Shown here piece after piece: positions 19,401 to 28,049 of a stretch of DNA of 60,854 nucleotides. Location: the IMG/VR virus record IMGVR_UViG_3300005609_000008, positions 1 through 60,854 of that record. One strand, written 5' to 3'. Position 1 is the first letter of the stretch, and the number at the start of each line of letters is the position of its first letter. The position numbers and the translations under genes were made by a program. The notes under the pieces were generated by a model that was given only the letters and a program-made list of their open reading frames with translations, made no database searches and was not told the DNA's origin. Origin of the DNA: a virus. Taxonomy: Duplodnaviria; Caudoviricetes.

Positions 19401-22400
19401 CCACTATTGAATCTCTAATCTTGTAACTTTCTACACCATTACCAAAAGAAAAACAATTAAAAAATGATGTGTCAATAATTGCAGGATTAGTTGCGTCTTG
19501 ATCTTGAACATTTCCAAGATGCACATCTTGATATGGAGTGTTAGTAATTGTTACATCTGCAGGGTCATCAGGTGGAGTAGATGGTGATATTATAGCAGAC
19601 CCACAATCTGTCCATGATGCTGCCGAATCTCCTGGCTGAAGAACAAGTTGAGATTGAATACCATCTAAAGTGTATACAAATGCAATTGGGTTAGATTCAC
19701 TAGAACCTACTTGAAACACAGTTTTACAACCTCCAGTGGCAATGTCAAATGTTTGAGCACCTTCATACCAAACATCTGGTAGTGCATCAGTAGGCTCTGT
19801 TTCAAATACAAGTGTAGATTCAGCTCTAAATATTTGCCATGTTGCAGTAGCTCTAGACCTTCTTTTCTTAGTTGATCCACAAGCTCTAGTACCTGACATT
19901 ATAAAACGTATCTCTTGAGTATTAGGGTGTTGAAACCATCTATAATAATTTGTTCCCAACGCAGGCGTAATTCCATATCTATTAAATGGATTTGAAGATG
20001 TTGCCGTAGTTGGTATGTACACATTCTCTACATCTCCACCAGTACCACCAACTTCTTGCGTTCCTGTATTTAAAACTGATTGAATATTATCTCCATTAAA
20101 CCACTCAATAATATCATCATAATCAGTAGATGCAATTAAACTAACATCTAAATTATATTTTCTACGTTCACATGCATTATTACCTTTTTGAGGTCCTCTT
20201 CTTTCGAATTCAAATGTCATTTGTATTCTACTACCTGCAGGAATAGTAAGGTTCTGATAATTACCTGCATCATCAGGCTCTGCAAATCCTTTATAGGCAA
20301 GTACAGGATAGTTATCATTTCCTCTTACTGTTATAGACTGCTTACCTGGTAATATAAAAGGGTCAGGTCCTGTAGCTGTAGAAAAATCTTGAGCTTTTAT
20401 TTTCATATAAGTCCCTGAAGGAATATTTATTTCTTTTCCATTTTCATCAGTTGGTAAAGGGTCAAGAAAATCTCTTTCTTGTGCTTGCTTATCTAAAATT
20501 GTAGCATAAGCACATCTTAACAAAGAACCAGTTGTGTCAGCTTTAACAATTAACCTGTCTCCTGTTTCTACTTTTCTTTGGTTTTCCCCTTCTAATAAAA
20601 AGTACGTGTCATTGGTAGCAGGGTCTGTAAAAAATATATTGGTATAAACTGTTTCGTAAGTTTCTGCATTAGGTTTTATTGCAAATCTATATTTAGTTGC
20701 CCAATACGGAGGTTTCTGTTGAGGTGGTATTGAAACCCTTATAAAATTTTTAAGGTCAGCAAAGCTACAAGGAACGTGTTCAGTATTTAATGGACTAACT
20801 AAAGCAGTTGAAGCTCTATTAAAATCATCCATATAAACTATACCTATTTCGTAATCTCTATTACTATGAAGACTTTTGGTATTACTAAGTTCTTGATAAG
20901 TAACTTCTGCATTACTCCATTTAAAATATTCATAGGCACTTTGAGTTGGAGTTGTAGTATTGTCTACTCTTCTCATAGCAATTAATCCTATAGAAATTTC
21001 ATTAGGAGAACTAGGAGAAGCAATAATTTGTAAAGGTTGATTTACTGCTGAAATACCACTTTCATATTTAGTCCAAGAAGTTGGAGAGCCACCATCTAAT
21101 ATATTAGGGATAACACAGTTAATATTGTCAGTAAATGTAACCCCATCACAAGAAGTTTCAACTAGTGGGTCAATATTAAAAATAGGTTTTATATTGCTAG
21201 CTATACCTATCTTTTCTTGAAAATCTAAACTACTAGCTAATTCGTATGCATTATTAAAATCTTGAGGCAACACATAACTGAATTGAACTTCTAATGAACC
21301 ACTTGTTTCAGTTGGAGTATTTCCACTAAAAGCACTATGTTCAATAGTTGCGTCAATACTTAAAAGACCACCTGCTTTTAAATCTACATCTAATTCAATT
21401 AGTAACATTGAATCTGAAATAACTACCGAACCATCAATACTGTATGTAATAGGAATAAAATTATCCTCTATTTCAGTAAGACCTATATTCTCGCTTATTA
21501 ATTCAGTAACATACTCAAATCGTACAGGGGAATTGTTTTTATCAACTAAATTATAATTCTCTATATAGTTACCATACATTAGTCTGTTACCCATAATTGT
21601 TTGAGCTTTAGCTAATAAAGGAACATTGTCATATAATCTAAGCAGTTCTGAGTCTGGGAGTATGGTAAATATTTTACTATTTCTAAAATTAAAAGTATAT
21701 TCGGTATTATCTGCTAAACCTAATTCAGATTTTTTTAATTTTTCAATTACTTTTATAAAAGTACCATCACTGTCTTTAAAAAGTAAATCAATTGCAGTAA
21801 CTAAAGGTCCTCCTGAATTATATGTTATAACGGCAGTATTAAACCTATTAATAGCACCTTCATTTAAAAAAGATTCTGCACTAAAATCAAAAGCTTTAGG
21901 CTGAAAAGCTGCATCTGTAAATTGTGAAACGGCAGAATATTCATCATCTTGGTATTCATATCTGTAAGCAAAAGATATAAACCTTTCTTCTAAAAAATTT
22001 TCTTGTCCACCACTAGTAACTGTTAACTCTATTTCTGGAGCTTTAGCAGGTGGTTTTTTGATAACTAACAAAGACTCTCTTAAAAGGCTTGCATTACCTC
22101 CACCATCAACCAAAGGACTTCCTAAAGGGTCTGGGTAACTTCTTAGTATATTAATAAACCTTGGAGGATTGTAATCATCAGTCCAAAATAATAATCCATC
22201 AATAACATTAATTCCAGTTATTAAATGTTTATCATCAAAGTTTAATACTGTTTGTGATGATGTACCTCCATCCGAAACACTTATTACTAAATAGGATAAA
22301 ATGCTTGTTACTACATTAAACGAGACAATTAAGTCTAACTTTCCTGAAGGACTTGTAGAACCAAACGCAGGGTCAGTTACAAACCAATACAAAGTATCAT

Positions 22401-22638
22401 TAGCACCATCGTCTACAGCACCAATACACTTTGCTTGGTTACTTAAAAGAACTCCTTCGTATGATAAGTTCGTAAGCTTAGTATTTCCTTTAGAATTTTC
22501 TACTGCTCCAATCTCGGTTGATTCAGATGATCCTAACCTAACATTTACTGCGTCAATATATTGTCCGTTTGGAACGAGTCTTTCGTCAACGGACTTATTC
22601 ATTTTACCTGCTACAAAGTTTCTTGAAAGTTTAGCCAT
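16426..22638 (-). CDS. Tail muzzle/stabilisation (tubular B-like) protein with Cys-rich C-terminal repeats
   Basis: N-terminal F.AGKMNKSVDERLVPNGQYIDAVNVR, LFWTD..NPPRFINI, FAYRY.Y.D.EYS and NRLMYGNY are typical of crAss-like stabilisation proteins. Confidence 0.7.
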   Translation of the reverse strand: MAKLSRNFVAGKMNKSVDERLVPNGQYIDAVNVRLGSSESTEIGAVENSKGNTKLTNLSYEGVLLSNQAKCIGAVDDGANDTLYWFVTDPAFGSTSPSGKLDLIVSFNVVTSILSYLVISVSDGGTSSQTVLNFDDKHLITGINVIDGLLFWTDDYNPPRFINILRSYPDPLGSPLVDGGGNASLLRESLLVIKKPPAKAPEIELTVTSGGQENFLEERFISFAYRYEYQDDEYSAVSQFTDAAFQPKAFDFSAESFLNEGAINRFNTAVITYNSGGPLVTAIDLLFKDSDGTFIKVIEKLKKSELGLADNTEYTFNFRNSKIFTILPDSELLRLYDNVPLLAKAQTIMGNRLMYGNYIENYNLVDKNNSPVRFEYVTELISENIGLTEIEDNFIPITYSIDGSVVISDSMLLIELDVDLKAGGLLSIDATIEHSAFSGNTPTETSGSLEVQFSYVLPQDFNNAYELASSLDFQEKIGIASNIKPIFNIDPLVETSCDGVTFTDNINCVIPNILDGGSPTSWTKYESGISAVNQPLQIIASPSSPNEISIGLIAMRRVDNTTTPTQSAYEYFKWSNAEVTYQELSNTKSLHSNRDYEIGIVYMDDFNRASTALVSPLNTEHVPCSFADLKNFIRVSIPPQQKPPYWATKYRFAIKPNAETYETVYTNIFFTDPATNDTYFLLEGENQRKVETGDRLIVKADTTGSLLRCAYATILDKQAQERDFLDPLPTDENGKEINIPSGTYMKIKAQDFSTATGPDPFILPGKQSITVRGNDNYPVLAYKGFAEPDDAGNYQNLTIPAGSRIQMTFEFERRGPQKGNNACERRKYNLDVSLIASTDYDDIIEWFNGDNIQSVLNTGTQEVGGTGGDVENVYIPTTATSSNPFNRYGITPALGTNYYRWFQHPNTQEIRFIMSGTRACGSTKKRRSRATATWQIFRAESTLVFETEPTDALPDVWYEGAQTFDIATGGCKTVFQVGSSESNPIAFVYTLDGIQSQLVLQPGDSAASWTDCGSAIISPSTPPDDPADVTITNTPYQDVHLGNVQDQDATNPAIIDTSFFNCFSFGNGVESYKIRDSIVGKPLLLGNRVTTTSAEDYREADRFADITYSGIYNDESNVNKLNEFNLGLLNFKRTEESFGPIEKLFARATDILTLQEDKISYVLAGKNLLSDSVPGGAITSVPEVLGTQIARLEEYGISFNPESFAQYGFDKYFSDQKRGALIQLKGSAYSNEQLTVISDAGMRSWFRDKFISSPNNQKLGGYDPYMDEYVFSINDELLPIDVPCVECGINQLLNFNGTTINYCFNVGDLVGEVTITLNVSDLTSGSLQAQAEYGTTLQVVNLVNGLNTITVIKNLVLTDTLNLTFDGTASAVIDYTVSCVDAKALSIVQVCVTNNSDAGQFIHNQYRWVDGPFISPLHQEQIEFLSSPNSPNVSQYSTVAGVQGAGVVPADGAIVSIISNKIPPTDDFVFVTPPMNFKYLRSATLYSNTPASIQTLLNASTQLPVNSSGAPSTYLGDFIMPAGTSGDYLYLIYDYRSPVFAELCYSTVDSLDSCCGCSEPDTFIATQCRADGVVQTETVQGVYTTGELVTINACTYEIGAVTPTAATATVTAILPSGTTCEDICQEYQLEETNGVDTDVDYIDCNGDSVTATVLANDDLVICAQEISATPGIIITLEDCECDPIAPFLIAERCVIDWSTNGFNQVTIVNSGLFNIGDLITINEDADCTYVVVSETNAGPADATSTGLSTAADCSEVCNFYTVTNNASTVDFIYTNCNGVVINEDIKVGNFKNICAKDAAPQPDFDLVWTSCECPSSEPSKVIVERCETPGITSPTTYIANNSSYTVSDIVQIDNEPDCKFKVISFTEFGTVNTNIINTYPGEDCSDVCNEYTLTNTIGGSISVNYIDCNGLLVKIDVNSPVVETICASSLKPKIGIDIEFVTCDCNPVPSNYSIQECVTNEVRTVTSSIAVSVGDKVELLSGDGCKWTITGTTVNIATDDIIALTSNQVCVCNSYTWENNTGSNLTLEYVDCVGTPVSQTLIPTEVWNACISQLITNDGATVISVTCTCF

Positions 22639-22639
22639 A

Positions 22640-23563
22640 TTATTTTATCCACTTGTCTCTACCTCTCAGATTCATTAATAATCTTCCTGGGTGTATATTG
22701 CTTAATCTTATTTTTGCGTTCCTTAGAAGTGCTGATTTAGATTTTCTTGCTCTATTAACTATGTACTCCTGAACTCCTAATTTACTACCTAATATTTGAT
22801 AGCTAATATATGCATAAACATATTCTTCAAATAATTTATTTACAGTTATCTGAGTATCATCACCACCTTCCATACCATCAGAAACATATTCTAAAATACA
22901 ACTTTCATTAGCCATTGTAGAATCAAAGTTAATTACTCCTGATTTTTTATCAATTCTAAAAGTAGGATTAGCATTTGCAGTTTCTGTGTTAAGACCAAAC
23001 CTAGCACCAACTGCAAAGTCAAAGTACCAACATCCTTCATATTCATATCCTAAAAATCCATTATATGGACTTAAACTATTTAAATAAATACTTGGTTGTT
23101 GACCTGTAATTCTAGCAAAATCCAAAGGTGAGTATTGAGGTTGTATAGCATTTCCATCTTGGTCAAAAAGTATTCTAGCATCATTGGCTTGTAAATAAGC
23201 TCTAGCTGAATTTACTTGAATGTTTTCTACCATTGGTCTAATAACACCATCTTTATAGTAAGATATTCTAACCCAATTTACATAATCTGAAGGTAATATA
23301 AATCTAAGTTCTTCTGAAACAGTAAGTTGTAAAACCTTTATTTCTTTAAATGCATCATAGTTCAATTCTTGAATAGCTCTCTTTGCATGAAAAAGTATCT
23401 TGTATCTTTCTTCATTATTTATCAAAGAATGATTACCTGAATACATTAATTGATAGTTTACAACTATATCTTGCAATGATACATATTGGTATGATCCCCA
23501 ATTAGCATCTTCTGGAGCATTTCCCCCATTCTCGTAATATTGGTATTGACTAATGTATGACAT
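22640..23563 (-). CDS. Tail ring/adaptor protein
   Basis: AKRAIQELNYD, LPSDYVNWVRIS and LEYVSDG motifs; located before the muzzle gene. Confidence 0.6.
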   Translation of the reverse strand: MSYISQYQYYENGGNAPEDANWGSYQYVSLQDIVVNYQLMYSGNHSLINNEERYKILFHAKRAIQELNYDAFKEIKVLQLTVSEELRFILPSDYVNWVRISYYKDGVIRPMVENIQVNSARAYLQANDARILFDQDGNAIQPQYSPLDFARITGQQPSIYLNSLSPYNGFLGYEYEGCWYFDFAVGARFGLNTETANANPTFRIDKKSGVINFDSTMANESCILEYVSDGMEGGDDTQITVNKLFEEYVYAYISYQILGSKLGVQEYIVNRARKSKSALLRNAKIRLSNIHPGRLLMNLRGRDKWIK

Positions 23564-23565
23564 AA

Positions 23566-24528
23566 TTATTTTTCGCTATTAATTTCAGAAGCTTCTTTTG
23601 CTCCTGCGTATTGTACAACTGATGCTTCACGTATTGATACTCCTGCATACTGTAAAATTTTCATTGTTAAATCCGTAGCATCATCTGGAAACAATTCAAA
23701 GTCTTGATAATCAGGTTGTGATTGGTCAAAGACTGGTTCATTATCATTACCTAAATCCACATAAGTCCACTTAGGAACTTTAGGATAGCGTATATATTGA
23801 CTCGTCACAACTGTTCCTAATGCAGGTGTTGGATATAATGTAGCAACATTTCCTTCGGTTGTGTAAGCAGGAAACATCAAAGATGGTGCAGTTAAAGGAG
23901 ACATATTTAATAAAGTAATTTTACTTTGCTCCACCCTTTCAACTTCCTTGATGGTGCTTCCTTTGTATATTTGATAAGCTAATGGAAACGTATTTATAAC
24001 ATTAGGTTCAATAGTTAGTTGTATACTACTATCAACACTCGTTACAGTAACATAAGTAGGAACTGAAGCTATGACTACAAAAACAATATCTCCAACCTGA
24101 ACACCTGATGATGTAAAGTTTGCATTTGAATCTATTATTTTATTTTGCCCACCAACATTTCCTGTTGTAGTTCCAGAAGCTACTAAAGTATTATTAATAA
24201 TTATCTTGTTAATTAAGTAATAATCTGAACCTGTCGTAGCTAATGAAGGTAAATTATACTGTGTATAATTTGGTGCTATTGGTGTTAATGGCGTAGTTAC
24301 AGAAAAGAAATCTATAACTTCTACATAACCTTTTTTTATATCAGCATATCCTGTTCCAGAAGTTCTTTGGTTTTCTTTATTAACCTGATAGTTATATGCA
24401 TAAAAATAATCCTCAAATAAATCCATTTGAGCTTGTTGTGCATATAGATTAAAATCTTGTGGAGAGATGTAGCCGTAATTATTTTTGTTCAATACGGCTA
24501 AAACTGTATTTCTAATATCGTTTATCAT
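23566..24528 (-). CDS. Tail ring/adaptor protein
   Basis: LNKNNYGYISPQDFNLYA..AQ, LPS..DYY and YIRYPK.PKW motifs; head-tail context. Confidence 0.6.
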   Translation of the reverse strand: MINDIRNTVLAVLNKNNYGYISPQDFNLYAQQAQMDLFEDYFYAYNYQVNKENQRTSGTGYADIKKGYVEVIDFFSVTTPLTPIAPNYTQYNLPSLATTGSDYYLINKIIINNTLVASGTTTGNVGGQNKIIDSNANFTSSGVQVGDIVFVVIASVPTYVTVTSVDSSIQLTIEPNVINTFPLAYQIYKGSTIKEVERVEQSKITLLNMSPLTAPSLMFPAYTTEGNVATLYPTPALGTVVTSQYIRYPKVPKWTYVDLGNDNEPVFDQSQPDYQDFELFPDDATDLTMKILQYAGVSIREASVVQYAGAKEASEINSEK

Positions 24529-24545
24529 CCTAACTATTATTTACA

Positions 24546-24553
24546 CAAAGATA
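24546..24553 (-). promoter_or_regulatory. TAnnTTTG promoter element for tail genes
   Basis: TATCTTTG on -, directly after a terminator. Confidence 0.65.
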
Positions 24554-24556
24554 ATC

Positions 24557-24588
24557 AAAAAAAAAAGAGGTCTTAAAAAAGACCCCCC
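24557..24588 (-). terminator. Intrinsic terminator
   Basis: Stem-loop with a 10-T tract on -. Confidence 0.75.
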
Positions 24589-24625
24589 TACTTAATAAAT
24601 CACAAAAAAAATTATTATTAACTAA

Positions 24626-25372
24626 TTACTCCATTAAGTTCTCTAATACTTTTAATGCCTCAATTCCATCGTCAGATTGGAAATATGATGACACTATATA
24701 AATTGGGTCTTCTCCAAAAGGTATTACACATAGTCGTGTTTTGTTAGTTTTGGTAGAAAACCACACTTCTTTATTTTTATTTCTATATTTAATAAGACCT
24801 TGTTCAAACAACTTATGTACAGTTGCTTGTAACTTTAATACAGGGTCGTTTATAACCGACATAAAATCTTCAGGTTCTCTCTTAGCATAAACCAAGATGT
24901 CTCTCTTCATTTCATCCGTACTAATTCTAGATGGGTCTTTTTGAAACAACACTCTTGTTAAAGTTTCTAATTGTGATATAGATAAAGAACGAGCTTCTAT
25001 CATTGCGTCAAGCTCTATGTTAATGTTTTCTACAACTTGTTGAGCATCTTTTGCATTATCTAATTCTTTAAACTTAACACCATTGTGGGGGTGAACATCT
25101 AAGAATTTTTGTAAAACTTGATTATTTTTAGTAACTCTTAAAAATCCATCTTCAAAAATAACAGGCTCTATAATTGCATTATCATCTTGTTCATCTACAA
25201 ATGGAGATGATTGATTTCTAGCATAACGTAATTCTCTGTTTATTCCTGTTTCAGGGTCAACCCAAAGTAATGGGAATCTTCTAGTGTGTCTAGTTGCAAG
25301 CATGAAAGATAAAGGTGCTGCATTTCTTGTTAATTTGTAGACTTTGTCTACTCTCTGTACTGTAGTTTTCAT
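24626..25372 (-). CDS. Hypothetical protein downstream of the major capsid gene (248 aa)
   Basis: Intact ORF with an AT-rich leader; function not recognised. Confidence 0.7.
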   Translation of the reverse strand: MKTTVQRVDKVYKLTRNAAPLSFMLATRHTRRFPLLWVDPETGINRELRYARNQSSPFVDEQDDNAIIEPVIFEDGFLRVTKNNQVLQKFLDVHPHNGVKFKELDNAKDAQQVVENINIELDAMIEARSLSISQLETLTRVLFQKDPSRISTDEMKRDILVYAKREPEDFMSVINDPVLKLQATVHKLFEQGLIKYRNKNKEVWFSTKTNKTRLCVIPFGEDPIYIVSSYFQSDDGIEALKVLENLME

Positions 25373-25396
25373 TTGATATAATTTAATTTAATTTAT

Positions 25397-25428
25397 AAAA
25401 AAGGAGTCTCTTTAAAGAGACCCCCTTT
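25397..25428 (-). terminator. Intrinsic terminator after the major capsid gene
   Basis: GGGGTCTCT-loop-AGAGACTCC followed by a T tract on -. Confidence 0.8.
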
Positions 25429-25443
25429 CACTTGTTGGTATTC

Positions 25444-26901
25444 TTAATCTTGGAAGATGAAGAAGTTATTTGCACCTAAAGTACAAACTGCTCTTTCACT
25501 CAAGAAGTTTACTTCCATCGCATCTAAGTCAGATGTTCTTGCACCACCAGCAGAACCAGTAATCCAAGTTTTGTAACGTCTGTCTTCAGTTTCAGAAGCT
25601 CTGTATCGAACATGTAAGAATGGTCTCTTAGCGTTCTTTCCAAGAATTTGATCATAAACAGTTGTAGAACCTGCAGGCACTAACAATCCATTGATGCTTC
25701 CTGTACCATCAACTCCACCACGCATTGTTGGGTCGTTTAAGTATTTCCAGTCAGACTTGTAAAAGTCATAACCTCTACGGAATCCTGTAAATCCTAAGTT
25801 AAGTGCCATCTCCTCATCATTGTCAAAAAGACCATAAGAAGTTCCACCTGCTCCATAAGAGTTTTGAGCTGCTAACATATCATCGATGTCAAATCCAAAG
25901 TCTCTGTTCAAGAAAATTACATTCTCTTCAATAGAACCTTGCTTATCTAAACGTGAAATGATTGCATCAAAATCTGCTAAAGCATTAGGATTTCCACCTG
26001 CCCATACATTTCCTCTTTGTTGCACTACATAGAATACACCTTCAGAACCTTTGTTTCCAACTTGGTCAGAAGTAACTTGTGTAGCAACACCAGAACCTGC
26101 TTCAGCAGGAACTGCTTCAATCATTGCAGTTTCTAAATAGTCATCATAACGTAAACGAGTTTCGTGTTCAGACTTTAAGTACCATAAGTAACCTGAAGCT
26201 CCGTTTTCAGTAGTAACCTCAATCCATCCGATTTGAGCCATATCAGAACCTGATACTGCATACTTATCTTTGATGATAATTGGAGAGTTTTCGAAAATGA
26301 AATCGTCAGATTCTAATGAACCTTGCATTCCGTTTGTTCCTTTCTTAAATTCAGAACCATAGATGAAAACACTTGCATCAGCATTTCCTAATCCTGAACC
26401 ACCTGTATAACCACCTGCATCGTAGAATGCAACAGTGAATTGGTTGTTTGCAAGGTCAACTGCTATAACAATAGCTTTGAACTCACCTGATCCATCATTG
26501 TTTACAACAACAACTGTTTGACCAACTCTAATTGCAATTTGAACTGTTGCACCAGAACCTGGTTGTACAGTTGAACCTGCAGGGTTAAGAACGTCATTTA
26601 CTTGGAAAACTGCTTCTCCACCTGCTACTACTGCTGCAGTACCACAATCAACGTACTTGGTGTGTAATCTTCCTTGCTCTGCCCATTTAATAAGGTCTGA
26701 GTTAGAAGGCATTTCTGCTCCTACCATTCTAATGAATGAGGAGATTGTTCTGTTACCATATCTTTCGAATTCTTTTTCGTAAGTATCTGGTAAATACTGA
26801 TTCAAAAAGTTGAAGTCAGTAATATAATTTGACGCTAAAGGTGTTTGATGCGAACTTGGTTGCAAATCAAAACCTGGCGTAGCTTGGACTGATCCTGCCA
26901 T
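25444..26901 (-). CDS. Major capsid protein
   Basis: 485 aa; follows portal and scaffold; strongly biased codon usage; followed by a terminator; FIYGSEFKKGT motif. Confidence 0.8.
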   Translation of the reverse strand: MAGSVQATPGFDLQPSSHQTPLASNYITDFNFLNQYLPDTYEKEFERYGNRTISSFIRMVGAEMPSNSDLIKWAEQGRLHTKYVDCGTAAVVAGGEAVFQVNDVLNPAGSTVQPGSGATVQIAIRVGQTVVVVNNDGSGEFKAIVIAVDLANNQFTVAFYDAGGYTGGSGLGNADASVFIYGSEFKKGTNGMQGSLESDDFIFENSPIIIKDKYAVSGSDMAQIGWIEVTTENGASGYLWYLKSEHETRLRYDDYLETAMIEAVPAEAGSGVATQVTSDQVGNKGSEGVFYVVQQRGNVWAGGNPNALADFDAIISRLDKQGSIEENVIFLNRDFGFDIDDMLAAQNSYGAGGTSYGLFDNDEEMALNLGFTGFRRGYDFYKSDWKYLNDPTMRGGVDGTGSINGLLVPAGSTTVYDQILGKNAKRPFLHVRYRASETEDRRYKTWITGSAGGARTSDLDAMEVNFLSERAVCTLGANNFFIFQD

Positions 26902-26923
26902 AATTTTTATTTTTTTAAATTAA

Positions 26924-27994
26924 TTATTTTCTTTTTATACTCTTAATTTTAAGTCCTCTACCACTATCTGTGCTTAAAGACTTAAATTGTGTTCCTCCCT
27001 TGCTTGTCACTTCAGGTGTTCTGCGTTCTGACATATTTATATTTTTTGTCTTACGCATTACGTCTTCTGTGGCATTAGCTTTACCTTGTTCGTAAAAAAA
27101 CTTAGCAAACTTTTCAGGATTCTGTGCAATTGCTACACTCCTATGAAAACCTTTAGAATCTTTTAAAAGACCACTATCATCTAAATACTTGGTTGCCCAA
27201 CCACCTGGATTTAATGCATTTTTTTTTAAATCTTCTAAACTACCTGGAGAAAATGTTATTGTTTCTTCACCTATATTAAACTCAAAACCTTTGAATTCAG
27301 GTGTAAATACTTCTAACGTCTTTGAGTCGTAAAACTCTTTCTTTCTAGTAGTCTCTTCTTCATGAGACTTCGCATCTGCAATGTATTGCTTATAGCCTTC
27401 CATTTCTTCATCAGAGACATTTGAAGTCTGCATTCCCCTTGACTCAAGTGGTTGCTTATACTTCTCTTGCATTTCTTTAAAGTAATCTTTTGCCTTAGCA
27501 ATAGCTTTTTTCTTCTTTAACTTAATTTTCTTTATGTCACCCTCATCATCTAAGTCTTCATCAAAAGAATAGTCATCCATTAAGGTTTCTATATCCTCTT
27601 CATCAAGACCATCTTCCGTAACACGTAAATAATCTCTAAGTAAAGAATCAGGATTGGTATCATCAAAATCTTTTTGTAATTCTACATAGTCTTTGATTCC
27701 TCTCCCTGTATCTTTTTTATATTTAAAGTAAGCAGCGACATCTTCAGGTAATTCTTCCTGAGTTTCTCTCTCACTCATTAATTCATCAAATGAATTAATT
27801 TCTTTATTATATCTTTTACCAATATATGAAAGAACGTCTTTCTCGTTTAATTCAGCAGGTTCTTCAGCTTTTGGCTCTTCAGCTTTAGGTTGGTCTTCTT
27901 GAAGACCTTCTTCATGCTTGTCTAAAAGCTCTTGTTCTACCTGTTGTGTAGATTTTTCTTCCCCTACTGTTACTTCTTTTACTTTGAATTCCAT
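26924..27994 (-). CDS. Putative capsid scaffolding protein
   Basis: Very acidic and helical; lies between portal and capsid genes; basic C-terminal tail. Confidence 0.6.
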   Translation of the reverse strand: MEFKVKEVTVGEEKSTQQVEQELLDKHEEGLQEDQPKAEEPKAEEPAELNEKDVLSYIGKRYNKEINSFDELMSERETQEELPEDVAAYFKYKKDTGRGIKDYVELQKDFDDTNPDSLLRDYLRVTEDGLDEEDIETLMDDYSFDEDLDDEGDIKKIKLKKKKAIAKAKDYFKEMQEKYKQPLESRGMQTSNVSDEEMEGYKQYIADAKSHEEETTRKKEFYDSKTLEVFTPEFKGFEFNIGEETITFSPGSLEDLKKNALNPGGWATKYLDDSGLLKDSKGFHRSVAIAQNPEKFAKFFYEQGKANATEDVMRKTKNINMSERRTPEVTSKGGTQFKSLSTDSGRGLKIKSIKRK

Positions 27995-28014
27995 ATGATT
28001 AAATTTAATTATTA

Positions 28015-28022
28015 CAAATATA
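28015..28022 (-). promoter_or_regulatory. TAnnTTTG promoter element for scaffold/capsid genes
   Basis: TATATTTG on -, 20 nt upstream of the ATG. Confidence 0.65.
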
Positions 28023-28049
28023 AGAAAAAAATAATACCGATTTTAGACA